Assembly: GCA_039194325.1 (NCBI GenBank)
Contig: JBCCWC010000013.1
Coordinates: 1 to 64,000 of the forward strand
Length of the DNA stretch: 64,000 nucleotides
Source of the DNA: Myxococcota bacterium
GTDB lineage: Bacteria > Myxococcota_A > Polyangia > Nannocystales > Nannocystaceae
Reading direction: 5' to 3'
This document shows, one piece after another, positions 11,562 through 22,363 of the stretch. Made by a program: the position numbers and the translations under genes. Each line of letters opens with the position of its first letter. Position 1 is the first letter of the stretch. Below the pieces are notes generated by a model that worked only from the letters and a program-made list of their open reading frames with translations, was not told the origin of the DNA and made no database searches.

Positions 11562-11597
11562 TAAAGACCCGTAAGAGCGCGCTCTTACGGGTCTTTA
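11562..11597. repeat. Perfect 36-bp palindrome between convergent genes (possible bidirectional terminator)
   Basis: TAAAGACCCGTAAGAGCG|CGCTCTTACGGGTCTTTA is exactly self-complementary. Confidence 0.85.
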
Positions 11598-11619
11598 ATT
11601 AAGCATCCTCGACTTGGCC

Positions 11620-13104
11620 TCAATACGTGAACAGACAGCGCGTGGCCGGGACGATCACGTCACGATTCACATAGAGGTAGTACTGCTGCCCCGGCACGAG
11701 CGGCTCTGGGGCGCCCTGCTCGGGGACGCGCTGGGTCAGCCCCGCCGGCAGCTCGCCGTAGGTCACCGAGCCCGAAGCGATCGGATCGTCGGTGTGGGAC
11801 ACGTCGATCCGCCAGCGCGTGCCCTCGGGTAGGTCGAGGTTCGGGGGGACCGTCGGGTTGGCCGACCCGGCGTCGAGCACGAACACGTAGCGCGCGTCGC
11901 CGCCCTCCCACACGATCGTGCCGTCGCGCCGGACTCCCTCGCCGTTCTCGCACTCGGAGGGCACGTACTCCAGCTGACTCACCAGCGGGCCACCGAAGGG
12001 ATCGGTTCCTTCGAAGTCCGCCTCGGAAAGCCCTCGGTGCTCCAGCTCGCGGATGAAGAAGTCGCGCATGCGCTCCGGCTCGGTCGAGGGGAAGCCCGAG
12101 GTCTCACGCTCGAACCCGTTGTTGTCCTCGGGCCGATAGGCACCAAAGGCCGCCGAGGGGACCCAGTGCGAGCCCATCGCCAGCCCCTCGTTGGACATCC
12201 CGTTCATCATGTTGCCCTCTTGCTCGACAAAAAAGGCCGAGGGACCCGCCGGTGCATCCGTCGAGTGACAACAGATGCACGCGCTGGCCTGTAGCTGCTC
12301 CTTGAACCAGTCGAGCTCGGCCACGTACTCGGGGTCGTCCATGCGCGGATCGACCTGGTCCCAACCCTCCTCGAGCGGATACGGGTAATAAGGACGCTGG
12401 CTGCGGACCACATCGCACGAGGCATAGTCCTCGTAGTGGCGGCCGAGCTCGGTCGAGCCGGAGATCGACTGCCACGTGCAGATCTGACCGTCCGGCCCGT
12501 TGCCGGGCGGCTCGCCGGCCACCGGATCGCGGCACTCCAGCGTGGGCTGGATGAACACGTTACCCGAGCCCCCGCCGCCCGGATCGCCGGTGCAGATCTC
12601 CGCCGGCTCCCAGGTCCCGCCCCCGAAGGTCTCGCAACCCAGCTGCTGGTCGGCACACGAGCCGGGGTCGTCGCCATAGGCAAGCACCTCGATCACGCGA
12701 TCGGACGCCTCCTCGAGCACACAGCGCCCGAGGATCCCCTCGGTGTTGCACGCCTGATCCAAAGCCGCCCGGCCGCCCAGTTGCTCGCACGCCGCGGTCA
12801 CGTCCTCCGCGGTCCAGCCCGCGCCCACGTAGTCGCGGCACTCGGCCGCCTGAGTGAAGGGGCTCGTATACTCACAGCTACCGGCGACGTTCGACTCGCC
12901 TGCCGTGTCGTCGGCCGAGCCGGTCGGCTCCGCACTGTCGGAACCACCGCCGTCAGAACCGCTGCCATCGGCCTCGGAGTCGCGCGAGTCCTGATCGGCC
13001 TCGCCCCCGCACGCGGGCAGCGTCAAGAACGCAGCGACGGCCAACCCGGAGACAAGGGGAAACAGGCGGGGTCGTACGGATGAATTCGGGTTCAGAACGG
13101 GCAT
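11620..13104 (-). CDS. Cys-rich lipoprotein with one CxxCH-like motif
   Basis: Lipobox LTLPAC; many Cys; CICCH motif. Confidence 0.75.
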   Translation of the reverse strand: MPVLNPNSSVRPRLFPLVSGLAVAAFLTLPACGGEADQDSRDSEADGSGSDGGGSDSAEPTGSADDTAGESNVAGSCEYTSPFTQAAECRDYVGAGWTAEDVTAACEQLGGRAALDQACNTEGILGRCVLEEASDRVIEVLAYGDDPGSCADQQLGCETFGGGTWEPAEICTGDPGGGGSGNVFIQPTLECRDPVAGEPPGNGPDGQICTWQSISGSTELGRHYEDYASCDVVRSQRPYYPYPLEEGWDQVDPRMDDPEYVAELDWFKEQLQASACICCHSTDAPAGPSAFFVEQEGNMMNGMSNEGLAMGSHWVPSAAFGAYRPEDNNGFERETSGFPSTEPERMRDFFIRELEHRGLSEADFEGTDPFGGPLVSQLEYVPSECENGEGVRRDGTIVWEGGDARYVFVLDAGSANPTVPPNLDLPEGTRWRIDVSHTDDPIASGSVTYGELPAGLTQRVPEQGAPEPLVPGQQYYLYVNRDVIVPATRCLFTY

Positions 13105-13274
13105 CTGATGTCCTTTTCTTTATCTCGGGCGCGATAATCCTCTGACTGACGTCCGCGGATCTGCAAGGGCCACGCGGTAAAAAACCCACCGGGCACCGCG
13201 ACGGGTGCCCCAGGTCACCCACACGTCCGATGCGCGAGCCGCTCGCGTTACCCTGCCGTCCGGGCTGGAGCCAC

Positions 13275-14696
13275 ATGAGCACGCTACGCGAGGAGTTGAC
13301 CGCCACCCTGGGCGCGGACCACATCATCGTCGAGGGCGACGACCTGACCTTCTATGGGGCCGACCGCTGTCGTGGTGACTGGCCGGTGGCCCCGGCCGCG
13401 ATCGCCCTGCCTCGCACGATCGAGCAAGTTCAGGCGCTCGTCCGCACCTGCGCACAGCACGGGGCGGCGGTCGTGCCCTCGGGCGGGCGCACGGGGCTGA
13501 CTGGGGCGGCCACCGCCACCGGAGGCGAGGTGGTGATCTCGCTCGAGCGGATGCACCGGGTGCTCGAGGTCGACCCGGCGGCCCAGCTGCTGCGCTGCGA
13601 AGCGGGGGCCACCGTCGAGGCGATCCACCAAGCCGCAGCCGAGCACGGGCTCGTCTATCCGGTCGACTTCGCGGCCAAGGGCTCGGCCCACATCGGCGGC
13701 TCGATCGCCACCAACGCGGGCGGGGTCAAGGTGCTGCGCTACGGGCTCACCCGCGACTGGGTGCTGGGCCTGCGGGTGGTGATCGCCTCGGGCGAGTGCC
13801 TCGAGCTCGGGGGCGCCCTGGTCAAGAACAACACCGGCTACGACCTGCGCCAGCTATTCATCGGGGCCGAGGGCACCCTGGGGGTGGTGGTCGAGGCCAC
13901 CCTGCGGCTTTGCACCCCGCCGCCCGGGCGGGTGGTGGCTCTTTGTGCCGTGCCCGACGAGGCCCGAGTGCTCGACCTGTTCACCCGTGTCCGCCGCCAT
14001 GGCCTGACCTTGCAGGCCTTCGAGTGCTTCGACGCGGGCTGCTTGCGCCGAGTGCTGGAGCATCGCGGCCGTGAGGGTCGCGGGCCCTTCGATCCGCCCA
14101 GTCCTCAGCACGCGCTGATCGAGGTCGAGGTCCCCCAACCGGGCGACGAGGCCCGTGAAGCCACCCACGACGCGCTGACCGAGTGCCTGGCCGACGCCCA
14201 AGACGAAGGGCTGCTCACCGACGCAGTGCTCGCCGCCAGCGAGCAGCAGGCTCACGATCTATGGGCGCTGCGAGAAGACACCAGCGAGTCGCTGCATCGA
14301 CACCACCCGCACAAGTCCGACATCGCGGTGCCCGTGGCCGCCTTGCCCCGGTTCTTGGCCGCCTGGCGAGCCCGAGTGGCCGAGGCGCTCCCCGATGTGG
14401 AGGCGGTGGTGTTCGGGCACATCGGTGACGGCAACCTGCACCTCAACCTCCTCAAGCCCGAAGCCGAGGCGCCGCAGAGCTTCGCCGCCCGCTGTCGGGC
14501 GTTCGACGAGCACAGCTATGCGCTGGTGGCCGAGCACGAGGGCAGCGTCTCCGCCGAGCATGGGATCGGGCTGCTCAAGCGCGAGCACCTGCACTTCTCA
14601 CGCAGCCCCGGGGAGCTGACGATGATGCGAGCGATCAAGCAGGCCCTCGATCCCACCGGGATGTTCAACCCGGGTAAGGTGCTGCCGGCCGTGTAG
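13275..14696 (+). CDS. FAD-linked oxidase (D-2-hydroxyacid dehydrogenase family)
   Basis: PSGGRTGL, GGSIATNAGG, KNNTGYDL, GAEGTLG, FGHIGDGNLH, SAEHGIG, DPTGMFNPGK. Confidence 0.92.
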   Translation: MSTLREELTATLGADHIIVEGDDLTFYGADRCRGDWPVAPAAIALPRTIEQVQALVRTCAQHGAAVVPSGGRTGLTGAATATGGEVVISLERMHRVLEVDPAAQLLRCEAGATVEAIHQAAAEHGLVYPVDFAAKGSAHIGGSIATNAGGVKVLRYGLTRDWVLGLRVVIASGECLELGGALVKNNTGYDLRQLFIGAEGTLGVVVEATLRLCTPPPGRVVALCAVPDEARVLDLFTRVRRHGLTLQAFECFDAGCLRRVLEHRGREGRGPFDPPSPQHALIEVEVPQPGDEAREATHDALTECLADAQDEGLLTDAVLAASEQQAHDLWALREDTSESLHRHHPHKSDIAVPVAALPRFLAAWRARVAEALPDVEAVVFGHIGDGNLHLNLLKPEAEAPQSFAARCRAFDEHSYALVAEHEGSVSAEHGIGLLKREHLHFSRSPGELTMMRAIKQALDPTGMFNPGKVLPAV

Positions 14697-15142
14697 GACC
14701 GTATGGGTCGTGCAGTGCTGAGCGAGCGCATGTAGTGCTGAGAAGGCTCGTGTGGTGCAAAGAGGGCTCGTGCGCGCATAGCGAGCTCGTGCCGCGCTGC
14801 GCCCGCTCGACCTGCACCAGACTCCGATTGATGCCAGCTGTCGCCATAACGGCGAGATCTGCTCGTTCAATGCGGGTGCTGCGCATAAATTGGCATTCTT
14901 GAGTAACCTCCCAAAAGTGTCCCCAACCAGAACCTCCCACTGAATACAGAGTTCCACATGTAGCGAAATTAGGTGCAACCCGTACGTCTTAGAACATTGT
15001 TTTTATTCGAAATTCATCCAAAATTCCAATTGAATCAACAAATACATCTTGTTCGATCATAATAATCGAATGATATTTCCGTGGATTCCATTACAGGAAA
15101 TCGTCCCAAAGTAACACTATTGAGCGTGGAGAGACCTCGCTC

Positions 15143-16027
15143 ATGCCCCCCAAAAAAGCCTCGACATCCCGACATCACAAGACTTCTGCGATGGAGATCG
15201 CTCGATGGAGCAGCGTGCTGTCCGCAGCATTGACCATTGGTTCAACCGGTTGCGCGCTCGAAATCGAAGACCCCGAAGAGCTCGACATCGAGCTTCGAAG
15301 CTGGGGCGCCGGCGGACGCCTCGCCCCTCCGTCCGAAGACGACGAGAGTCGCTCGGGCGTCGGCGAGTGGATCAACAACGGGCTCATCGATCCAGCGGTT
15401 AGCGGGGTGAGCGTCGATCACCCTTTGGTCTCGAGCCAAGGCCTGGATAACGAGCACGGCTGGCTCGCCGACGAGGATAACGATGGTGTCGTCGCCATTC
15501 GCTATATGATCGAGTGCGCCCTGGACCAATGGCAGAGCATCGAGAAGACCCATGAGGGCCACACGACGATCTTCTACGGTCGGCTGGGGCTCGCGCCCCA
15601 ATGGAAGAACGGCTCGTGTGACCTGCATTGTCAGCGCTGGGTCAGCGCCTGCATGATGGCGCGGACCAACCCGGTGGGACAGACCACCAGCATCTGGCTG
15701 CAGGGTGATCACCCGGCGCTCGGCTTTGGCAACGTCCCGCAGCTGCCGAACTATGAAGGCGCCTACTACGGCAACCTCTTTGCGTCGACCCAGGTCGAGC
15801 GTTCCTGCCAGGGTAGCGCGGCCGGGCTGGCCGCCGCCGCGGACTTCGGGCGCACCTGTGCGAGTAACGAGTCCGACTGCGGGTTCGTATCTGATGGAGA
15901 CTGCATTCTCGACGCCGATTGCGATCTCTCCGACGACGGCCTGCTCCCCGTGGCATGCCTCGTCGACCCTGCCCAGCCCGACTATCCGGTGATCTCCGTT
16001 CACGTGGGTGACGCCGCCGCCGAATGA
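15143..16027 (+). CDS. Cys-rich exported/lipoprotein of unknown function
   Basis: Lipobox-like GSTGC; ECAL...GLAPQW...CQRWVSACMMARTN block of a kind seen in myxobacterial hypothetical proteins; AT-rich upstream region. Confidence 0.7.
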   Translation: MPPKKASTSRHHKTSAMEIARWSSVLSAALTIGSTGCALEIEDPEELDIELRSWGAGGRLAPPSEDDESRSGVGEWINNGLIDPAVSGVSVDHPLVSSQGLDNEHGWLADEDNDGVVAIRYMIECALDQWQSIEKTHEGHTTIFYGRLGLAPQWKNGSCDLHCQRWVSACMMARTNPVGQTTSIWLQGDHPALGFGNVPQLPNYEGAYYGNLFASTQVERSCQGSAAGLAAAADFGRTCASNESDCGFVSDGDCILDADCDLSDDGLLPVACLVDPAQPDYPVISVHVGDAAAE

Positions 16028-16138
16028 GCCGCACCGAGTCACCCACGATCAGTGGCACGAGCTCGAACGCATCTCCGGTCGACGCATTGGGCTCCAGGCC
16101 TGTAGAGTGCTTCGATACAATGATCGTGGATCCGCTCC

Positions 16139-19100
16139 TTGGGATCCACGATCATCGAGCACGATGACCAGTTCCCCGCGGAGATCATGAGCGCGCCGGA
16201 TCAACGCAGCGAGCCAGAGCCCGTCGCTCGCCCGAGCGACGTGGAGACGGTCGACGATCCCGACGCCAACATACAACCAGACGACATCGTCACCCCCGAC
16301 GAATCAGATCTAGTCCCGCACGGGCCCCTCGACCTCGACGCTCCGCTGGGGCTGGATACCTCGGACGCTGCGCCAAACCTCCAGCGCATCGGCCCCGACA
16401 CCTTCGTCGAGGACAACCGCGAGGACGTTTGCACCGAGGTCCGCGACTCGGCGACTCGCCATGCCACCGCTCATCGAGCCGTCGCTCAGAGCACGGAAGC
16501 CCTCGATCGCGAGCCCTCCGATCGCGAGCCCTCCGACCGCGAGCCCTCCGACCGCGAGCCCTCCGACCGCGAGCCCTCCGATCGCGAGCCGACCCACGAC
16601 CCCAGTACCCGCTCCACCGCCGATCGTCTCGAAGCCGATCTGTTCAGCGGCACGATACGCCACCGAGCAATTCGCAAGCCCAGCGAGGCCCAACCCGTGG
16701 GCAAGCGCCTGGGACGCTTCACCGTGCTGGGAACGCTGGGTCGGGGCGGCATGGGCAAGGTGCTGCGGGCCTACGACGAGACCCTCGACCGCATGGTGGC
16801 GCTCAAGCTGCTGTACCGGCGCTTCGCGGGGCGCCGCAAGCAACGGCTGCTCCGCGAGGCCCAGGCGCTGGCCAAGCTATCCCACCCCAACGTAGTGCAG
16901 GTCTACGAGATGGGTGAGGTGGACGGCCAGACCTTCATCGCCATGGAGTTGGTCAGCGGACAGACCTTCCGCACCTGGCAGCGTGAGCGGCGGTCCTGGC
17001 GGGAGACCCTCGACGTCTACCTCCAGGCGGGCTACGGCCTGGCCGCCGCCCATGCCGAGGGCCTGGTCCACCGTGATTTCAAGCCCGAGAATTGCATCAT
17101 CGGCAATGACCAGCGGGTACGCGTGCTGGACTTCGGCCTCGTACGAGGCACGAACCTGCAGCCGGACGAGGAAGCGAACGAGGACCACCTGGTAGCCCGT
17201 TTCCACGAGCCATCAGAGCCTCTGGACGACATCAACAGCTCCGGGGCCCGCGGGTCGCTCGACCACCGGCTGACCCGGAGTGGCGCGGTCATGGGGACCA
17301 TGTGCTACCTGCCGCTGCAGCAGCTGTCGGGAGAGCAGGCCGATGCGCAGAGCGACCAGTACAGCTTCTGCACCTCGCTGTACGAAGCCCTCTACGGCAT
17401 GCGCCCCTTCGACGGCTCGTCGCTGTCGGCCCTGATCCGCTCGCTCGAGAACAACGAGCTGCTCCCGGTGCCCAAGTCGGTCACCATCCCCAAGCGCCTG
17501 CGACGGATCCTGCTGCGCGGGCTCGCCAAGCTGCCCGAGGATCGCTGGCCCACGATGGACGAACTGCTGGCCGAGCTCGAGCGCCTGCGACAGCCGCGTC
17601 GCTGGTGGCTAACCGCGACCGTAGCGTTGGCCGCGGGGCTAGGGGTCGGAGGCCTGGCGCTGGCGAGCGCCCGCGAGGATCCCTGTCCAGACCCCGAAGC
17701 CGGCCTCGACGGGGCCTGGCAGATCGCCGACCAAGAGGCGGTGCGCGCCGCCTTCGTCGCCAGCGAACACCCCGAAGCACTCGAGCTCTACGGTCGAGTC
17801 GAGGCCCAGCTCGACGCCTACACCGAGGCCTGGGTCCAGCAGGCCGAGCAATCGTGTCGTGCCACCTTCGTCGATCGCCAGCAGTCGCAGGCTCTGTTCG
17901 ACCGGCGCATGCAGTGCCTACAGCGTCGACGCAACCGCCTACGAACCACCATCGACTCGATCGCAGCGGCCGTCACCGCCCACGAGGTCGTCGATCGCAC
18001 GATCCTGCCGTTCAAGCTGCCCCCCCTCGAGATCTGCTCCGACGTCGAAGTGATGATGGCAAGACAATCGCCTCCGAGCGATCCACAGCGACGCAACCAC
18101 GTGGCCCAGCTGCGGGAGAGGATCGACCACGCCAACACCCTACGCGAGGCGGGGGAGGTCACCGAGGGCTTGGCGCTGGCCGAGATCATCGCCCAAGACG
18201 CCCGTGCCGTCGACTACCCGCCCGTGCTTGCCGAAGCCATGGAGTGTCTGGGTCACCTCCAGTCCGCGGCCCACACCTGGAGCGAGGCCCAAGGCACTTT
18301 GGAGAACACGATCGAGATCGCCGCCCGCGCCAAGTCCGATGAGGTCTCCGCCCGCGCGTGGGCCCTGATGATCTACGTACTCATGAACCAGAGTAAATTC
18401 GACGATGGTCTGTTGCTCGAACGATCCGCTCGGGCCGCCGTGGACCGAGCCGACGACGCGACCGCCCGAGGCTGGCTGCTCAACAATCTCGGGGCGCTCT
18501 ACGCCGAGCGTGGCGAGCTGGATCAAGCGAATCGCTACCTTCGGGACTCGCTGCACGTCAAGCAAGAAGCACTCGGAGAGGGGCACGTGGACGTGGGCGT
18601 GGCTTGGTTCAACCTGGGTCGCGCGCTCCAAGAAGAAGGTTCTACCGATTCCGCGATGAAGGCATTCGAACGGGCACGGACCGTGTTCCAGGGCACGGTA
18701 GGCGACTCCCACCCCTATGTGGCGTTCGTAATGGCGGGGCTGGGGAAGATCTACCAACGTCGCGGCGAGACGAGCAAGGCTGCCGACTACCACCATCATG
18801 CCCTGGCGATCCGTCAGGCCGCGTTGGATCCGAAACACCCGCTCATCGCCAGTTCACTGCAAGAGCTGGGAGAGCTAGCGCTGGCACAAGGGCGCTTCGA
18901 TGACGCTCAGCAGCACCTAGAGCACGCGCAGATGGTCAACGAGCAGGCCCATGGTCCCAAGAGCATCCAGGTCGCCGCGACCCTATTGGTGCTCGCCAAG
19001 CTCGGGCTTGCCCAGAGTCAACCAGAAGCGGCGCGCGCCTATGCCGAGCGGGCCGTCTCGATCAACGCAGCCGTCGACGTTCCGCCCCGGGATCGCGCCG

Positions 19101-19294
19101 AGGCGCTGATGGCCCTGGCCCGAAGCCTGTGGCCAGACCCGAAGGCCCGGCCGCGTGCACGGGCGCTCGCCCAGCAAGCCAAAGAGGTGCTGGCATCGGG
19201 GCCCGCCCCAGCTCGGGCCATGCGCAAAGAGGTCGAAGCGTGGTTGGCCGCGCACGCGGTGCCCGCGGGGACCGAGACGAGCGAGTTGCGCTAG
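16139..19294 (+). CDS. Ser/Thr protein kinase with TM helix and TPR repeats
   Basis: GRGGMG, VALK, HRDFKPEN, DFG, DQYSFC; TM; TPRs. Start uncertain (TTG 16139 or ATG 16187). Confidence 0.92.
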   Translation: MGSTIIEHDDQFPAEIMSAPDQRSEPEPVARPSDVETVDDPDANIQPDDIVTPDESDLVPHGPLDLDAPLGLDTSDAAPNLQRIGPDTFVEDNREDVCTEVRDSATRHATAHRAVAQSTEALDREPSDREPSDREPSDREPSDREPSDREPTHDPSTRSTADRLEADLFSGTIRHRAIRKPSEAQPVGKRLGRFTVLGTLGRGGMGKVLRAYDETLDRMVALKLLYRRFAGRRKQRLLREAQALAKLSHPNVVQVYEMGEVDGQTFIAMELVSGQTFRTWQRERRSWRETLDVYLQAGYGLAAAHAEGLVHRDFKPENCIIGNDQRVRVLDFGLVRGTNLQPDEEANEDHLVARFHEPSEPLDDINSSGARGSLDHRLTRSGAVMGTMCYLPLQQLSGEQADAQSDQYSFCTSLYEALYGMRPFDGSSLSALIRSLENNELLPVPKSVTIPKRLRRILLRGLAKLPEDRWPTMDELLAELERLRQPRRWWLTATVALAAGLGVGGLALASAREDPCPDPEAGLDGAWQIADQEAVRAAFVASEHPEALELYGRVEAQLDAYTEAWVQQAEQSCRATFVDRQQSQALFDRRMQCLQRRRNRLRTTIDSIAAAVTAHEVVDRTILPFKLPPLEICSDVEVMMARQSPPSDPQRRNHVAQLRERIDHANTLREAGEVTEGLALAEIIAQDARAVDYPPVLAEAMECLGHLQSAAHTWSEAQGTLENTIEIAARAKSDEVSARAWALMIYVLMNQSKFDDGLLLERSARAAVDRADDATARGWLLNNLGALYAERGELDQANRYLRDSLHVKQEALGEGHVDVGVAWFNLGRALQEEGSTDSAMKAFERARTVFQGTVGDSHPYVAFVMAGLGKIYQRRGETSKAADYHHHALAIRQAALDPKHPLIASSLQELGELALAQGRFDDAQQHLEHAQMVNEQAHGPKSIQVAATLLVLAKLGLAQSQPEAARAYAERAVSINAAVDVPPRDRAEALMALARSLWPDPKARPRARALAQQAKEVLASGPAPARAMRKEVEAWLAAHAVPAGTETSELR
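16505..16590 (+). repeat. 15-bp coding tandem repeat (DREPS x5-6)
   Basis: GAYCGCGAGCCCTCC units in the kinase N-terminal extension. Confidence 0.9.
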
Positions 19295-19347
19295 GCACGT
19301 AGGAGACCCGGCTATCCCGGGTACGGTGAGAGCAGACGATGGGCTCA

Positions 19348-20403
19348 CTACGGGCCGAGACGCCGCAGCTCGAAGCCCACCGTCGACGCTTCTCCTTCGA
19401 TCGTGAACGAGAGCTGAAGCCGACCGGGCTCGAGCTGGATCTCATAGGGCTCGTCACCCGCGAAGAAAGTCGGCAGCACCAAGCCCGCGGTCTCGGAGAC
19501 GATGTCTCCGGCCATGTCGTCCTCGGGGCGATCGACCAGGACATCGAGCTGACACGCGAGGGCACTGACCATCCTTACGCCGGTGAAGTACACCCGGTAC
19601 GTACCCGATTGATCGATGTCGATCGTCCTATGGGCCGTAGGACCCGTCCCATACTCCGCCGAACTCCATGGCCCGTCGCAATCGACGTCGAACTCATGGA
19701 CCCACTCGGCCTGGGACGTGGCATCCAGTCGCGCGCCCCGGCACGTATTCCAGTCCGGGTACGACCATGGAGCGTCAGCCTCGTAGTCCACGTTGGCGTC
19801 GGCGAGCATCCGCCCGTAGACCGATTCGAACGAAGATTCCCTGGCCAGCGCGCGGATCCCATCCACGCCGTGTTCTTCGAGGAGCCAGCGGGTGAAGTGC
19901 CCCGCGGTGGCGTAGTCGACCTGTCGGCTATCTTCGAGTCCCACGAGCGATAGAACATCGTCTTGGCCGTCTCGGGTACGACCGCTGAGTGCTTCGGCAA
20001 TCCCCTCGGACCACAATGGCTCGGGCCATCCGAGGGGCGCGTGCACGGCGTGGACGATCTCATGCTCCAGGCCTTCCCATAGGGTATGGATCTCGCCGTT
20101 CGTGTAGCAGCCAAGTGGTCCCTCTCCGCAGTAGTCGATGACGTTGGCGAAGCGGCTCCACAGGAAGATCTCAATGGGGTCTTCGACCTGGACATCAAGG
20201 CTTTCCTCGACGTGCGAGATGGTCTCGTCGATTAGGTCGACGTCCCCCCTGCACAAAGGACGTTCGAAGGTCACGACCGCCCGGCCGTCGACGAGGGTGG
20301 TCACTCGGTCGGTATCAGCTCCGCACGCCGGCAGGCCAAGGCCCAGCAGCGTCGCGATGCATAGAAATAGCGCCGACTGGTGTGCGGATGGCGAACTAGT
20401 CAT
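19348..20403 (-). CDS. Lipoprotein with HExxH zinc-peptidase-like domain
   Basis: Lipobox LGLPAC; HEIVHAV followed by WSEGIAE (gluzincin-type arrangement). Confidence 0.75.
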   Translation of the reverse strand: MTSSPSAHQSALFLCIATLLGLGLPACGADTDRVTTLVDGRAVVTFERPLCRGDVDLIDETISHVEESLDVQVEDPIEIFLWSRFANVIDYCGEGPLGCYTNGEIHTLWEGLEHEIVHAVHAPLGWPEPLWSEGIAEALSGRTRDGQDDVLSLVGLEDSRQVDYATAGHFTRWLLEEHGVDGIRALARESSFESVYGRMLADANVDYEADAPWSYPDWNTCRGARLDATSQAEWVHEFDVDCDGPWSSAEYGTGPTAHRTIDIDQSGTYRVYFTGVRMVSALACQLDVLVDRPEDDMAGDIVSETAGLVLPTFFAGDEPYEIQLEPGRLQLSFTIEGEASTVGFELRRLGP

Positions 20404-20770
20404 CGTCGACGATCTTGTACTCAAGTATGACGGTTACGTCGTCGCGGTTTCCGTTTGGCGTACGAGTGAGCCAAAAAGAATGCACCGAGTGAGATCGCCG
20501 GGCCGATCTGTGTGCCCCACGAGGACGTCCGGGCGTGGCTCAACAAAGGAAGTCGAGCATTGCGCGTCTCGCGGCGGTGACCGTGCGCGTGTCATCCCAC
20601 TCGTCACGAGACACACCGGGCACCCTTGGGCGCCTGGGCGCCCCCTCCTACCTCCCCCCACAGCAAAAGAACACCGGTGAACGATCGGTGACCGCGATCA
20701 CGATTCCCCCGACGAGCGTGGGTCGCTTTTCGACCCCGCCGGTGTTCGAGCAGGGCACGTCACCCTGGAA

Positions 20771-22363
20771 ATGCCCACTATGACTCGAACTGCACTAGTC
20801 CTCCTTGCCTCCCTGATGCCCGCCTGTGTCTTCTGCGACTGGGACGACGACGACGACTGGGGTCACCCGCCGCCGGGCTCTGATGGAGCGCCGGTCGACG
20901 CCTGCGAAGGCGCCCCCACGGTCCAGTTCCCCGCCGCGATCTGCGTGTGCGACTCGTTCGCCATGCTCGGCAATTTCGAGGCGCGCGGCCTCGGAGCCCA
21001 TGGAGCCACGGTGGGGGTCAATGGGCACGCACGCTTCTTCAGCAATGCCGAGATCGACGGCACCCTCTATACCCAAGGCGGGCTGGATGCCGACGGTAAC
21101 GGGGAGATCCGCGGCGATGTGGTCTCCACGGGCTCGCTGTCCTGGTTCGGTAACCTCGAGATCGGCGGCGACCTCAACGTGGGCGGGGATCTGGTCGGCT
21201 TGGGCAACCTCGAGGTCGACGGTGACCTGCGCCTAGGCGGCTCCGATCGCGGGCTAGGCAACGTGGAGGTGGGCGGGCACGGGCCCTATGTGATCCCGGC
21301 CGAGCCTCCTTGCCCGTGCGATCCGAGCACGTTCTTCGACGTGACCGCGGCCGTAGCCGCCGCAGCGACCGAGCCCTCGATCGCTTCGCTGCCGACCGCG
21401 CTCGAGGGCAACGCCGATCTTCGCCTCGAGTCTGGCTCCTACTACGTGCACGACGCGACCTGGCTGGGCAACCTCGCGCTGCTCGTCGACGGTCATGTCG
21501 ACCTATTCATCGACGACTCGCTTACGAAACTCGGCAACGGTGAGATCGAGCTGACCTCCGGATCCACCCTCGACGTCTACATCGCGGGCTCGCTGGAGAC
21601 GCTCGGCAACCACTGGATCGGTGGCGGGGTGCCGGGCGCGGTGCGGGTCTACGTGGGCGGTGACGACGGCGTGCTGCTCAACTCGGGCAACACGGAGTTC
21701 ACCGCGTCGATCTATGCACCCACGGCCGAGGTCGCCTACCTGGGCAACGCCGAGATCCACGGGGCGATCTTCGCCCGCACGCTGCGGGTGGAGGGCAACT
21801 TCGAGCTCGCGTACCCGGAGCTGCTCGACGCTCCGGACCCACGCCGCTGCCGGCCCGGGCCCAACGATGGGCAGGGGGACGGGCAGGGGGACGGGCAGGG
21901 GGACGGGCCGGGTGACGGTGATGGGCCGGATGACGGGCCCGACGGCGGTGACGAAGGGCCCGGGATGGACGACCCGCCGGCGGGAACCACCGGCGACAGC
22001 GGCGGTGACAACAATGACGCCGGCGACGAAGGCCCCCACCGCGACACCGACCCCGGTGGTGACGACCCGGGCACGGGTGGCGGCGACCCGGGCACTGGTG
22101 GTGACGATCCAGGCACCGGCGGAGATGACAACCCCGGTGACGACCCGGGGACCACGGGCGGCGACGAGTGCCCCGAGGTGCCAGGCGACTGCTACGACAT
22201 CGAGGACAAGTTCGTCTGCATCGAGACCGCGGGCTGCAAGTGGAAGCACGGCTCCGAGTACTGCACATGGCAAGCCTGCGGCGGGCTCGACCAAACCATG
22301 TGTGGGCTCGACCCGGCCTGCGCGTGGAACGAGTGCACCGAGGCCTGCTACCCCAGCGCCTGA
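20771..22363 (+). CDS. Exported beta-solenoid protein with Gly/Asp/Pro-rich linker and Cys-rich tail
   Basis: Signal/lipobox LMPAC; recurring GNxEIxG turns; GDGQ and GGDDPGT repeats; C-terminal Cys-rich domain. Confidence 0.75.
   Translation: MPTMTRTALVLLASLMPACVFCDWDDDDDWGHPPPGSDGAPVDACEGAPTVQFPAAICVCDSFAMLGNFEARGLGAHGATVGVNGHARFFSNAEIDGTLYTQGGLDADGNGEIRGDVVSTGSLSWFGNLEIGGDLNVGGDLVGLGNLEVDGDLRLGGSDRGLGNVEVGGHGPYVIPAEPPCPCDPSTFFDVTAAVAAAATEPSIASLPTALEGNADLRLESGSYYVHDATWLGNLALLVDGHVDLFIDDSLTKLGNGEIELTSGSTLDVYIAGSLETLGNHWIGGGVPGAVRVYVGGDDGVLLNSGNTEFTASIYAPTAEVAYLGNAEIHGAIFARTLRVEGNFELAYPELLDAPDPRRCRPGPNDGQGDGQGDGQGDGPGDGDGPDDGPDGGDEGPGMDDPPAGTTGDSGGDNNDAGDEGPHRDTDPGGDDPGTGGGDPGTGGDDPGTGGDDNPGDDPGTTGGDECPEVPGDCYDIEDKFVCIETAGCKWKHGSEYCTWQACGGLDQTMCGLDPACAWNECTEACYPSA

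Noticed and set aside
16139..20425. Loose inverted similarity between 16139-16178 and 20390-20425
   Set aside because: Short and gapped, with no transposase or target duplication; probably chance.
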